Source: a virus. Taken from it: DNA of 64,000 nt. The DNA lies in the IMG/VR virus record IMGVR_UViG_3300025141_000031; one strand, written 5' to 3'. Made by a program: the position numbers and the translations under genes. The notes beneath the pieces are model-generated. The model had not been told where the DNA came from. It saw only the letters and a list, made by a program, of their open reading frames with translations, and did not search any database. This document shows positions 52,224-61,924 of this stretch, piece by piece; positions within the stretch are counted from its first letter, which is position 1, and every line of letters starts with the position of its first letter.

Positions 52224-52475
52224 TTAATTTTTTAATGTTTTTAACGTTTTTTCTAAATTTTGTATACAAATCTTTATATCCGTATTTGCCATTCCTACGA
52301 ATGCTTCATACGCACCACATCTTTTGGCCATTTGAGTTCCAGGATCGTCATCGACTTGTTCTTCTTTAATTCTATCAATATTATTAAACTCTAATCTGTT
52401 TTTAAGAAGTTTAACTTGATACTCTAGATCTAATTTTGCACCATAAATAGTATTGATTAATTGATTCTTTGTCAT
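52224..52475 (-). CDS. Hypothetical protein
   Basis: ORF. Confidence 0.6.
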   Translation of the reverse strand: MTKNQLINTIYGAKLDLEYQVKLLKNRLEFNNIDRIKEEQVDDDPGTQMAKRCGAYEAFVGMANTDIKICIQNLEKTLKTLKN

Positions 52476-52476
52476 A

Positions 52477-53073
52477 TTATATTAATTCGTTAGTTATTTC
52501 TAAATCTAGTTCCGCGGAACATTCTACTTTTGGCTCATTCTTCATCCATCTACCAAACTCTGTATTGAAGGTATGAGTATCTTTCATTTCATTCCATCTA
52601 TCCGTATGGTATGTTTCATTATGATGATTTGGACCACTTGGACCATTAGGTCTTAAGTTATGCATTTTAGTTTTATACTTATCAATCTGCGTAGCACAAT
52701 TAATACTACCTTTATAACCTATGATTGAATCTTTATCATAACCCCTAGCATCTTTCCAATTATCTTCAACTTGCGTCCAGGTTGTTATTTTTCTAACATT
52801 ACAAATATCTTTTAAGCTATAAGAATAACATAAAGGTAAATCCGTATATTCATCTCTAGCATTAACTGATATTCCATCACATGATAATAATGAAATAAAT
52901 GATGATTCTGATATTGTTGTTTTAGAACCTTTTGCGACCATTAATTGTCCTGGTTCGTCTGATGTTGTACCTTGAGTTGCGGTTGGGTCAATATAACCAT
53001 GATGGTCAAGATATACTACTGCAAATATATCTTTGTTAAACGTAATTTCGTAACTAATTTTTTCTCTATTCAT
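52477..53073 (-). CDS. Hypothetical protein (early-type promoter and hairpin leader)
   Basis: ORF downstream of the tandem promoters. Confidence 0.65.
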   Translation of the reverse strand: MNREKISYEITFNKDIFAVVYLDHHGYIDPTATQGTTSDEPGQLMVAKGSKTTISESSFISLLSCDGISVNARDEYTDLPLCYSYSLKDICNVRKITTWTQVEDNWKDARGYDKDSIIGYKGSINCATQIDKYKTKMHNLRPNGPSGPNHHNETYHTDRWNEMKDTHTFNTEFGRWMKNEPKVECSAELDLEITNELI

Positions 53074-53093
53074 TTTTCAATTTTTAATTTTTT

Positions 53094-53113
53094 GATCTAC
53101 TTATGGCTAGATC
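53094..53113 (-). promoter_or_regulatory. Hairpin GAUCUA-GCCAUAAG-UAGAUC in 5' leader
   Basis: Perfect 6-bp stem; loop shared with 60174-60195. Confidence 0.6.
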
Positions 53114-53131
53114 TCCCTCCTTTTTATATAC

Positions 53132-53290
53132 TATAAAGATAAGAAAAAAATCTCATATATCCTAATCTTTTTGAAGCTTTTTTTAACTTTTTTTCATCTT
53201 TTATATCTAATTAACTAATTAATTATATATAAAGATAAGAAAAAAATCTCATATATCCTAATCTTTTTGAAGCTTTTTTTCAGAAAAGTT
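53132..53290 (-). repeat. Tandem 53-bp promoter repeat (53132-53184, 53228-53280), third copy at 7167-7228
   Basis: Identical tataaagataagaaaaaaatctcatatatcctaatctttttgaagcttttttt, 96 bp apart. Confidence 0.9.
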
Positions 53291-53660
53291 ACCCTAAATC
53301 TATTTCTTTTTCTAATCGTATACCTGGTAATGTTACTGACCATTTTTTTAATTCTTGATGTGTTTCACCAAATTCATCTTCATCTTGTTCTTCGCCATAA
53401 CAATCAATATATGAGTTTATATTTTCCTTAACTAATAAATCATAAATCTCTTTGGCTACCTGTCCATTTATTGTATCAATATATGGTTCGACCCAACATT
53501 CATCCATAGATATACCACAATATGTAAATTTAACTGATGATTCTTTGTTTACAAGACTTGCTATATGATTACAAAAATGTAAAAACTTTTTTACATCTTT
53601 CCATTGTTCACTCGAGGATTCTTTAATCACTCCATCTGAGGTGTATTGATCGTGTTTCAT
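53289..53660 (-). CDS. Hypothetical acidic protein
   Basis: ORF. Confidence 0.6.
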   Translation of the reverse strand: MKHDQYTSDGVIKESSSEQWKDVKKFLHFCNHIASLVNKESSVKFTYCGISMDECWVEPYIDTINGQVAKEIYDLLVKENINSYIDCYGEEQDEDEFGETHQELKKWSVTLPGIRLEKEIDLG

Positions 53661-53662
53661 TT

Positions 53663-55519
53663 TTATACTATTTCACATGCACCACCTGCACATGCTAATT
53701 CACCTTTAAGATTTGTTTCATCATCTTCTTCAATAATATCAGATAAATTAATACTTGTTAATGAACCCATCATTCTTTCATATATTTCTTCATCAATATC
53801 TTCAAATGGAGCTTGTGTATATGAACCTCCATCATATGGTAATACTGCCAATCCGTTATAATAATTTTTATTTTCCCATAACCATTCGCCAGCTGCATCC
53901 CATTCATGATCTCTTAATGATATTGTTGCAGATATATTATGAGTATTATTTCCAGATCTATGTCCTGGTTTTATCCATTCTTTAGCTACTTTTTTGACTC
54001 TATCTAAAAGTTGAAAAGGTGATTCTGTTCTCATGATAGCACCTTCTGGAGCTTTTTGTGGTATTTCAATTACTGCTGTATCATGTGGTCTGAAATATTC
54101 GTCTGCAACTAATTCTGGATGATGTTTATTTAAGTGTTGGTATATTGATTCATTCTTACCAACCCTTATTCTACGAATATAATAATCATTATGCCATGCA
54201 TGAATACCAGATGATGTTCCTAATGTTAATGATGTTGTTCCTGCTGGTTTTACTGTTGTAGTTCTTGCAGCTCTATTTATTCCAATTAGTTTTGCAACTC
54301 TAATATTTTCTTCTTTTACAATTTTTGCTGCAGCTTTCATATCATATCCTAGAACTGTACCAGAACCTATACCTGTCATTGAAACGCCTATAAGTGCTTC
54401 TTTTTCTGTTGTTCTTTGCCAAACTGGTCTTAAATAATGGAATTCTGTATAACCTGCTTGGAGTGTTCCAATAAATGCTGCTGTACTAACTCTTTCATTT
54501 AAGTCGTCTTGTGATTCTATATTTGAAACATTTACTTCACATAGATTACAAAATTGAAACGGTCTTAATGCAATTTCGCAACAAGGGTTTGTTCCCCAAT
54601 CTTTATCATTACTTAAATATATTCCTGGTTCTCCTGCTCCTGATAATTCAACTCTTTTCCATAAATCCATAAAAAAGTCTTTTGTAACTCTATGTCTCAT
54701 TAAAACTGCTGAATTATTTGCTCTACCTCTTTGTGAATTTAATTCCCACCAGTTTCCAGTTTTACATGAAATCATTTCGTCATCATCAGCACTAAATAGA
54801 CTAATTAAAGCTGCTCTTCTAATACCTCCTGCTAATACTGCATCAGCAATATAACATACAATATCATGTACTTCTAAACATGATAATTTATCTCCATCAT
54901 TCTTTTCATGTAACATTCCTTTAATTTTAACTAAACATTCTTTTAGTGGTTGAGGTCCTGGAGCTTTTCCTCCTGATGTAACAAGTCGTGCACCTTTTGG
55001 TCTAATGTCTGTAAAATCGAATTTAATAGTTGAGCCATCAAAGAAATATGATTTCATTAAAATCTTTACTGCATCAGCCCAACCTTCAATTGAATCAGCA
55101 ATTAAAAATCTACGTTTTCTGTTTGGATTTGGTTTTCTAATTTCTGGTAGTTCTTCTACATGATGTTTTTGAACTGAATAACCAACACCTGTTCCACCTA
55201 ATAATAAGAACATTGTTTCACTAAATGCGCGCCAATCATCAATTGGTAAATAAGCACAATTAAACACTCTATTAGGAGATATCTCAATAGGCTTTCCAGC
55301 AAATTGCATTGACCTCATAGATGGAAGTACTTTTTTCTTAAGTACTAATTTATACGCTTTCATAATCTCATCATGTAACTCAGGATATTTTTTTAAGTGC
55401 ATTTTTCTATTTCGTGTAACTAGTTCTGTCCAAGTTTCTCTTCTATTCTTATTTGGTAAGAATTTTGCATACTTCATATAAACTGTGATTTCTGAAAGTA
55501 TTTTTGTAGATATGTCCAT
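53663..55519 (-). CDS. nrdJ: Class II (adenosylcobalamin) ribonucleotide reductase
   Basis: PSMR, FNC, GGTGVG, RRAALI, TNPCCEI, CNL, KPAGT, C-terminal CAGGACEI. Confidence 0.92.
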   Translation of the reverse strand: MDISTKILSEITVYMKYAKFLPNKNRRETWTELVTRNRKMHLKKYPELHDEIMKAYKLVLKKKVLPSMRSMQFAGKPIEISPNRVFNCAYLPIDDWRAFSETMFLLLGGTGVGYSVQKHHVEELPEIRKPNPNRKRRFLIADSIEGWADAVKILMKSYFFDGSTIKFDFTDIRPKGARLVTSGGKAPGPQPLKECLVKIKGMLHEKNDGDKLSCLEVHDIVCYIADAVLAGGIRRAALISLFSADDDEMISCKTGNWWELNSQRGRANNSAVLMRHRVTKDFFMDLWKRVELSGAGEPGIYLSNDKDWGTNPCCEIALRPFQFCNLCEVNVSNIESQDDLNERVSTAAFIGTLQAGYTEFHYLRPVWQRTTEKEALIGVSMTGIGSGTVLGYDMKAAAKIVKEENIRVAKLIGINRAARTTTVKPAGTTSLTLGTSSGIHAWHNDYYIRRIRVGKNESIYQHLNKHHPELVADEYFRPHDTAVIEIPQKAPEGAIMRTESPFQLLDRVKKVAKEWIKPGHRSGNNTHNISATISLRDHEWDAAGEWLWENKNYYNGLAVLPYDGGSYTQAPFEDIDEEIYERMMGSLTSINLSDIIEEDDETNLKGELACAGGACEIV

Positions 55520-55663
55520 TTTATTTACCTTTTTTGTTTAATTCTTTGTTTATAACGTAAAAAAAGTTGTAACCTTAATTTTACGACTCATCCTAATTTC
55601 ATATATAAATATGAAGCGCAGATGCATTCATGAACGATTTTGACGTAAAAAGTTTAACGTTTT

Positions 55664-57019
55664 TTACTCAAAACCTTCGTTTTGTATTTCTTGGTATTTA
55701 CGTGATAATAATTTTCTCGTAAGCTCATTACCACCATCCATTTGCTTCTGTGTATCCTTTCCTCCTACAGATGTTTCTGCATATAAATGAAACTGCCCAT
55801 TTGAAGTATTCATTTTTGATGGTAACGTTATACCATCAGGTCCAAATCTATTTTTAATAACATGCCATCTTCCAGTTCCTGCTAATTTATCCGCAACCTT
55901 TCTTGATAATGATAATACAAAATCTGCAACCATTACCTTACCATATGATTCAGATATTTTACTTGCATCAATAACATCTTCTTCTAATGCCGATCTATTA
56001 GCTTGGGATGCTGTCCAAACTGGTATATCGTATTCTCCTGCCATTCCTCTTAAGTCTTCGTATATACCTTCCAACTCATGTCTTTTTTCTTGACCATGTC
56101 CTCTTAACAAATCTGCATAATCAACTATAATTACATCAGGTTTCTTATCTTGCATTATACATTTTTCAACATGAGCTCTAATTCCCATTACAGAAACTGA
56201 TTTTGTTGGATAATGTTTAATGATTAACTCGCCTGTTAATTTACTTATTTGTTCTTTTATATCTTCCTGATAATGTTTTAGATTTTGATTTGCAATTCCT
56301 GTTATAACTGAATCATATCTTAATCCAACATATGCTTCATTTAACTCTAATGTATAATGTAATACTGTTTTACCTTTTTTAACTAAATGAGCTCCGACAT
56401 TCATTAATGCCCAAGATTTACCAATACCAGCTGGAGCTACCATTACTCCTAGCTCTCCTTTACCTATTCCTCCATCTGTTAATTCATTTATAACTTCCCA
56501 TGGCGTTTCTTGTACATCTCGTACTGCTTCTGTGTACCTTTCATCTATTTGAGTCATATAATCATGACCAATATCTTTGTCTGCGCCTGCCTTTAAGGCT
56601 TCATCAACTTTAGCTTTTATTCCATCATAATCACCTTGTTTTAATAATTCTACTGATGATAATATAGCCTTTTTGATTTCTTGATTTTTACAGAAATCCA
56701 TTGCCTGATCTTTAATATATTCTAGATCTGGAGACTCTGTATATTTCCATGCATCTTTAAGATGAGATATAATTTGTTCTTTTAGTATATCATGATCAAC
56801 TTTTTCAAGCTTTACTTTCATTACTTCTAATGTCGGAGATGATTTATATTCTTTATGATATTCTAAAATTGTATCTATAATCCAACTGTTGGCATCTGAT
56901 TCAAAATATGATGATAACATAATATCTGAAATTTGCTCCAGAAAACTTTTATCTACAAGTAATGCTGTTATTACTTTAATCTGAAATGCGTAACCGTACG
57001 AACTTAATCTATCTGTCAT
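55664..57019 (-). CDS. Replicative helicase (DnaB/gp41-like)
   Basis: APAGIGKS, TLE, IVDYADL, ASQANR, KNRFG. Confidence 0.93.
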   Translation of the reverse strand: MTDRLSSYGYAFQIKVITALLVDKSFLEQISDIMLSSYFESDANSWIIDTILEYHKEYKSSPTLEVMKVKLEKVDHDILKEQIISHLKDAWKYTESPDLEYIKDQAMDFCKNQEIKKAILSSVELLKQGDYDGIKAKVDEALKAGADKDIGHDYMTQIDERYTEAVRDVQETPWEVINELTDGGIGKGELGVMVAPAGIGKSWALMNVGAHLVKKGKTVLHYTLELNEAYVGLRYDSVITGIANQNLKHYQEDIKEQISKLTGELIIKHYPTKSVSVMGIRAHVEKCIMQDKKPDVIIVDYADLLRGHGQEKRHELEGIYEDLRGMAGEYDIPVWTASQANRSALEEDVIDASKISESYGKVMVADFVLSLSRKVADKLAGTGRWHVIKNRFGPDGITLPSKMNTSNGQFHLYAETSVGGKDTQKQMDGGNELTRKLLSRKYQEIQNEGFE

Positions 57020-57022
57020 ACT

Positions 57023-57054
57023 TTAATATAATAATTTTTTTTCTAATATCCTAA
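57023..57054 (-). promoter_or_regulatory. Promoter TTAG-N20-TATATTAA
   Basis: Directly upstream of the helicase. Confidence 0.65.
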
Positions 57055-58121
57055 TCTTTTCGCATCTGAATATATGCGTTAAGAGTATTGAAGGAAGTTG
57101 CTAACCATGTATCTAAATCTTTTATAACTGTATACATTTTGTCAGCCATAAACATCTTCTTAAATTGGAATGTATTTAATTTATCTACTGGACCTGTAAC
57201 CTTGTCATGTATCATCATCTTTATAGAACCAGCAATATCAACCTCTTTGAGTTGCATAAGATTATGGTTCAAGTCTACCTGGTCCTCTGATTCTACTACG
57301 GACTTATAGATTTTGTAGCGTCCTTCATCTACTCCATCTTTTGCATGATTTATAATTTCATGTATCTTTACTTCCCTATTTTCTGTAACCATTGGAAAGA
57401 ATTTCTTAAGTGATTTCAATGCAACTCCCTTCACTCCAGGAATATTATCTGATTTATCTCCTAAGAATGTTCTATATAATAAATAGTTAGAAGCATTAAT
57501 TCCAAATTCCTCTTGCATTAATCTTGGATTATACATTTTCTTTTTAATTGGGCTCCAAACAGATATTCTATCATTTACTAATTGCAAAAAGTCTCTATCA
57601 GTAGATACAATTTGTACTTTCTGATTTGTTTCTGTATACACTTCATTTGCAATATATGCTATTGCATCATCAGCTTCAATATTATCAACTGCTAACATTG
57701 TAACTGGTAAACAATTTAGGTATTCTATTAATCTACCAAATTGTTTTCTCATAGAATCTGATTCATCTTCTTGTGAAGCAAATTCTTTATATCTGTTAAA
57801 TGCTGTTTTAACAGCTCTATTTGCTTTATAATCTGGATAAATCTTTTTTCTACGTTTTGATCCACCTTTACCATCAAAACATATAATAACTCTAGTTGGT
57901 TTTAATAATCGTATATTTGCGGCTATGGATCTTAAAAATCCTGTTACGCCTCCAATATGATCACCATCATCATTTAATGCTGGGACTGCGGAGAATACTC
58001 TAATGAAGGTATTGAGACCATCGAGTATCAATATTTTACTATTAATATCCGATGGTCTACCTTCTTGATGTTCCTTAACAACGTCTTGGAAAAATTTCTG
58101 AAGTTGTTTATGATTCTTCAC
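57051..58121 (-). CDS. 5'-3' exonuclease / RNase H (flap endonuclease)
   Basis: LDG, FD, YKANR, EADD, STDRD, GDKSDNIPGV. Confidence 0.93.
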   Translation of the reverse strand: MKNHKQLQKFFQDVVKEHQEGRPSDINSKILILDGLNTFIRVFSAVPALNDDGDHIGGVTGFLRSIAANIRLLKPTRVIICFDGKGGSKRRKKIYPDYKANRAVKTAFNRYKEFASQEDESDSMRKQFGRLIEYLNCLPVTMLAVDNIEADDAIAYIANEVYTETNQKVQIVSTDRDFLQLVNDRISVWSPIKKKMYNPRLMQEEFGINASNYLLYRTFLGDKSDNIPGVKGVALKSLKKFFPMVTENREVKIHEIINHAKDGVDEGRYKIYKSVVESEDQVDLNHNLMQLKEVDIAGSIKMMIHDKVTGPVDKLNTFQFKKMFMADKMYTVIKDLDTWLATSFNTLNAYIQMRKD

Positions 58122-59262
58122 CTACAAAATCTTCTTCAATTTCAACATCGTCAATTCCAATATTATCACCTGGTTTGTATGTTAATATATACGCGTTACA
58201 GATAGCCTTGTATATCTCATCCTTCAATTCTGGATCGGCTTCAAGTTTACCTTGAAAGTCCTTTGATAAGAATTTTACGTCTTTACCATCTGCAGTTGTA
58301 TATGTATACCATGCACCAGCTGTACTCACCAATTTATGTTGTTTCATAACATTTAACCAGCCACCAAAATTATCTATTCCACTTTCAAAGTAAATATCAT
58401 AATCGATAGTCTTTAAAGGTGGACCCATTCTATTTTTAATAACTTGGCATCTAGTTTTGATACCAACAGTTTGATCAACGCCGTCCTTCTTAACTTTGAT
58501 CTGTCCTACTGATTTCAATCGTAACCGTACTGATGAGTGAAATGGAATTGCTTTTCCACCACTTGTTGTCCAAGGATCACCAAATGCTACACCTAGTCTT
58601 GAACGGAGCTGATTAGTAAACAATAAGGCAATTCGTTGTCTACCAATTAAGTTTGTAATCTTACGCATACCTTTTGATAATATGATAGCTTTGGACGTTG
58701 CCCAACCATCTTTATCATAGTCTGCTGCTTGTTCAATCTTTGTTGAAGCTCCCATTACTGAATCTACCACAATTGTTACCAATCGATCTTTGTTAGATTT
58801 TCTAACTGATTCAATAATACTTTCAATTGCTTCAAAGATATCCTCAATAGCATCTAATGGAACGTAGAGCATTTTTTCCAGGTCTAATCCAATCGCTTGT
58901 AGAAATTCTCTACTAACTGCATTTTCTGTATCAATATAAACGGCTAACCCACCCTGCTTTTGCGTATCCGCTAAAGCATGAGCTGCCAATAATGATTTAC
59001 CTGAAGCTTCTAATCCTGTTATCTCAGTTATTCTGCCAACTGGAAACCCTCCATTTTTTCTATTTGAGATTGCTAAGTCTAGCATAGAAGAGCCTGTACC
59101 TACCCATCCACCTACTTCACTAGGTGAATCTGTATCTCCGTCTAGGAAATATGCAACTTTATAGTTAGTATTTTTAAATTTCTTATTAAGGCCTTCTCTA
59201 ATACTTTCTCCTAAAGCCGTTGCAAGCTCGTCTGCTTGTTGTGCTTTACTTTTCTTCGCCAT
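58108..59262 (-). CDS. recA: RecA/UvsX recombinase
   Basis: GRITEITGLEASGKS, IDTE, VDS, NQLR, TSGGKA..F..SVR, KN. Confidence 0.95.
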   Translation of the reverse strand: MAKKSKAQQADELATALGESIREGLNKKFKNTNYKVAYFLDGDTDSPSEVGGWVGTGSSMLDLAISNRKNGGFPVGRITEITGLEASGKSLLAAHALADTQKQGGLAVYIDTENAVSREFLQAIGLDLEKMLYVPLDAIEDIFEAIESIIESVRKSNKDRLVTIVVDSVMGASTKIEQAADYDKDGWATSKAIILSKGMRKITNLIGRQRIALLFTNQLRSRLGVAFGDPWTTSGGKAIPFHSSVRLRLKSVGQIKVKKDGVDQTVGIKTRCQVIKNRMGPPLKTIDYDIYFESGIDNFGGWLNVMKQHKLVSTAGAWYTYTTADGKDVKFLSKDFQGKLEADPELKDEIYKAICNAYILTYKPGDNIGIDDVEIEEDFVGEES

Positions 59263-59274
59263 ATATAACCTCTA

Positions 59275-60051
59275 TTATTCGTTAAACAAATCATCAAATG
59301 CCGCGCTGACATCATCGACTTTGTTTACTCCTGTTGTAACTGGTTCTTTCTTTTCTGTTGGTTCAGATGGTGTTGAAGCTGGATCTACGGTCTCTTCACC
59401 TTCTGGGTTCAACCAAGTTGCTAATGCATCTTTTAATTCATCATATGATGGCTCTTTAAATATATCGGATAAATTAGGTTGATTATCAGTAGCTGCTGTT
59501 GCAACATTACTATCTTCAGATATTGCTGATTGATTAGGTTTTACTCTAATAGTAGTCTTTGGAAACTGTCCAGCTCCTTCTGCAGGTGTAAATTCTACTA
59601 AGATATCTCTACCATTCATTGGATCTGTAATATCACCATAATCTGGATCTGCTATTACTCCTAAAAGTTCTTGATAAACTAATTTACCAAATCCCCAAAA
59701 TTTAACACCTTCTGATTCCTTACCTCTTACTATAACAGGAGCATAAGTTCTCATTTTAGGTTCCATCTTCTTACCTAATTTCCATTCATCTGAATTACCA
59801 GAAGATTTTAATTTTTCAGAAAATTCTACTACTGGATCAGGACGACCATGAGTCACCGGTGAAAGATAGTTTCTTTTACCTAAGTCATAATGAAAGTACA
59901 ATTCATTGAATGGATTGTCTTTGTTGTGCTGATAAGGTACGATTCTGATTATTTGTTTGCCTGGTTCAGGCTTCCATAAGTTTGACGTTCTGTTGTTCGT
60001 CGTTTGTAATTGATTAAGCTTTGCCTTAATCGCGTCTAAGTTAATTGCCAT
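59275..60051 (-). CDS. Single-stranded DNA-binding protein (gp32-like)
   Basis: WKP...IRIVP, DITDP..GRD, acidic tail AFDDLF. Confidence 0.85.
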   Translation of the reverse strand: MAINLDAIKAKLNQLQTTNNRTSNLWKPEPGKQIIRIVPYQHNKDNPFNELYFHYDLGKRNYLSPVTHGRPDPVVEFSEKLKSSGNSDEWKLGKKMEPKMRTYAPVIVRGKESEGVKFWGFGKLVYQELLGVIADPDYGDITDPMNGRDILVEFTPAEGAGQFPKTTIRVKPNQSAISEDSNVATAATDNQPNLSDIFKEPSYDELKDALATWLNPEGEETVDPASTPSEPTEKKEPVTTGVNKVDDVSAAFDDLFNE

Positions 60052-60089
60052 TTTTTTATTCCTTTTTTTTAATGGTTAATAATTAATAA

Positions 60090-60121
60090 TTAATATAACA
60101 ACTTTATTTCATTTATCCTAA
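60090..60121 (-). promoter_or_regulatory. Promoter TTAG-N20-TATATTAA (ssb)
   Basis: Same architecture as the other copies. Confidence 0.65.
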
Positions 60122-60173
60122 GGTTTATCGAAAAAAGTTGTAAAAAAGTTTTTATTTGTTATTTTTTAATTTT

Positions 60174-60195
60174 GAGTTTAATTATGGCTAAACTC
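60174..60195 (-). ncRNA. Hairpin GAGUUUA-GCCAUAAU-UAAACUC in an ORF-less transcribed unit (candidate sRNA or leader)
   Basis: 7-bp stem, same loop as 53094-53113, downstream of promoter 60216-60247. Confidence 0.45.
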
Positions 60196-60215
60196 TAATC
60201 CTTTTTATTTATATA

Positions 60216-60247
60216 TAAATATAATGAATATATTTCATATATCCTAA
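60216..60247 (-). promoter_or_regulatory. Promoter TTAG-N20-TATATTTA
   Basis: Same architecture as the other copies. Confidence 0.65.
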
Positions 60248-60259
60248 TTTATTTCAATT

Positions 60260-60859
60260 TTATCTTAATAAATCTAATAATGCTTTTGCGGCTTCATACT
60301 GTTCATCATTAGTTCCATCTATTGTAGATCTTAAATCATCATATGCATCTATAAGTTTCTCATTATTTGGATTATTATATATATCATCATAATAATCACC
60401 TAATTCATCTGTAATATCATCAGTCATATTTGTGTTGTCATCGCCTGCACCTGAATATATTGTAGCTACTACATCATAAAATTCTTCATCCGTTTCAAGA
60501 TTTCTAGCTCCTGTTGATGAAGATCTGTCATAATTAGCTTCACTGTCATTTGCATTAAACTGGATGAAAACATTATGGATATCTTTATCGAAATCAAAAT
60601 CCATTCCTACTCCTGCTGATCTTACTTCATCAGGTATTATTTTATCAAAGACAGTTATGTCATCTAAATATTTATTAAATGTCATTTTAAGTTGTTTGTC
60701 AGACGTTATTTCCACATTAGTCATCCCTAATTGTTTTAGTTTAGCATCTGCTTGTACTATTGGTAAATATGTTTCTGCATCATTTTCTGTTAATAATGTA
60801 AAATCATTGCTTCTAGTTTTACCTTCAAACAATTGTTTATATTTTTTTCCTAAATTCAT
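60260..60859 (-). CDS. Acidic protein with 25-aa MNLGKKYKQLFEGK...LLTE leader
   Basis: Shared leader. Confidence 0.75.
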   Translation of the reverse strand: MNLGKKYKQLFEGKTRSNDFTLLTENDAETYLPIVQADAKLKQLGMTNVEITSDKQLKMTFNKYLDDITVFDKIIPDEVRSAGVGMDFDFDKDIHNVFIQFNANDSEANYDRSSSTGARNLETDEEFYDVVATIYSGAGDDNTNMTDDITDELGDYYDDIYNNPNNEKLIDAYDDLRSTIDGTNDEQYEAAKALLDLLR

Positions 60860-61563
60860 TTTGTTCCCTCTTCAAATCTATACATAATACTTGTTGGTTG
60901 TTCTTCTGAGAATTTTTTCATTACAGCAATTGTAGCATTATATTGATCTTTTGGTACTCCATCAAAACCTGAATCTTTTAATTCTTCCATTTCTTTAGAT
61001 GAAGCTACCTTGTTGCCTTTTCTAATTGCCGGAAATGCAAATATATTTATTCTGTTAATCTCATCGACCATATCTTTACCAGCCTTTGCTCCGTGAGCTA
61101 TTATAGCAAGTTGTTTTTTGAATTTTTCATCAGCCTCAGAAGAGCCTGAACTAGTTGGTTTATAATTTTCCAATTCTCCTTCAGCCCATCCTTCAAGTTC
61201 TGCTGCTACTTGTTCAGCTCCTCCATATACGCCAGATGCATCTAATGCGGCTGCTGAATCTTTATCAAATTCAAATGTAATATAATCTGGTTCTGATTTA
61301 TCTATTTTAGCTACTAAGAATTCTGGAAGTCCTTCTCCTGCCACTTCAGTATCTTTTCTATATCCTCCACCAACTTCTCCTTGGGATGTTGGAATCTGAA
61401 CTTCTGTTCCATCTTCTGCAGCAAATAAAGTTTCAAAATCAAGTGCATCTAAATCTATTACATCTTCCCAATCCATTTCATATTGAAATTCTTTAAGTAA
61501 CTTTGCATCATTTGATCTAACTTTACCTTCAAATAATTGTTTATATTTTTTACCTAAGTTCAT
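60856..61563 (-). CDS. Acidic protein with the same leader (...LLKE)
   Basis: Start moved to 61563 by leader identity. Confidence 0.75.
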   Translation of the reverse strand: MNLGKKYKQLFEGKVRSNDAKLLKEFQYEMDWEDVIDLDALDFETLFAAEDGTEVQIPTSQGEVGGGYRKDTEVAGEGLPEFLVAKIDKSEPDYITFEFDKDSAAALDASGVYGGAEQVAAELEGWAEGELENYKPTSSGSSEADEKFKKQLAIIAHGAKAGKDMVDEINRINIFAFPAIRKGNKVASSKEMEELKDSGFDGVPKDQYNATIAVMKKFSEEQPTSIMYRFEEGTK

Positions 61564-61565
61564 TT

Positions 61566-61868
61566 TTATCCTCTTTCTACTGTCCATTTAATAGCACCAT
61601 CAGGATTAATCTTTGCACCTGTTGCAATTAAATCAGCATTAGCTTGTCCAAGCTGTTTATTAATCCATCCTAATGTATATGCAGTCCAAGCTGGTGAATT
61701 ATCTGGATGTCTTGTATCATCAAGAAATCCAAAAAACTCTTCTTGGTCTAATTGAGCTACTTTCATTATGAAAGAATCATCTACTACTTTACCTTCTTTA
61801 AGTAACTTTGAATCATTGCTTCTAGTTTTACCTTCAAACAATTGTTTATATTTTTTTCCTAAATTCAT
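61566..61868 (-). CDS. Small protein with the same leader (...LLKE)
   Basis: Start moved to 61868 by leader identity. Confidence 0.75.
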   Translation of the reverse strand: MNLGKKYKQLFEGKTRSNDSKLLKEGKVVDDSFIMKVAQLDQEEFFGFLDDTRHPDNSPAWTAYTLGWINKQLGQANADLIATGAKINPDGAIKWTVERG

Positions 61869-61924
61869 TTTTACTTCTTTTTTTTTATAATATTCGCTAT
61901 ATCCCATATCATTAATAAATATGT

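Noticed and set aside
55558-55589. Hairpin + U-tract upstream of nrdJ as a terminator or B12 riboswitch
   Set aside because: The stem has a mismatch on the transcribed strand and is AT-rich, and no cobalamin riboswitch consensus is visible
46308-59262. Inteins or introns in polB, nrdJ, helicase or recA
   Set aside because: Lengths and motif spacing are normal, with no intein or homing-endonuclease signatures
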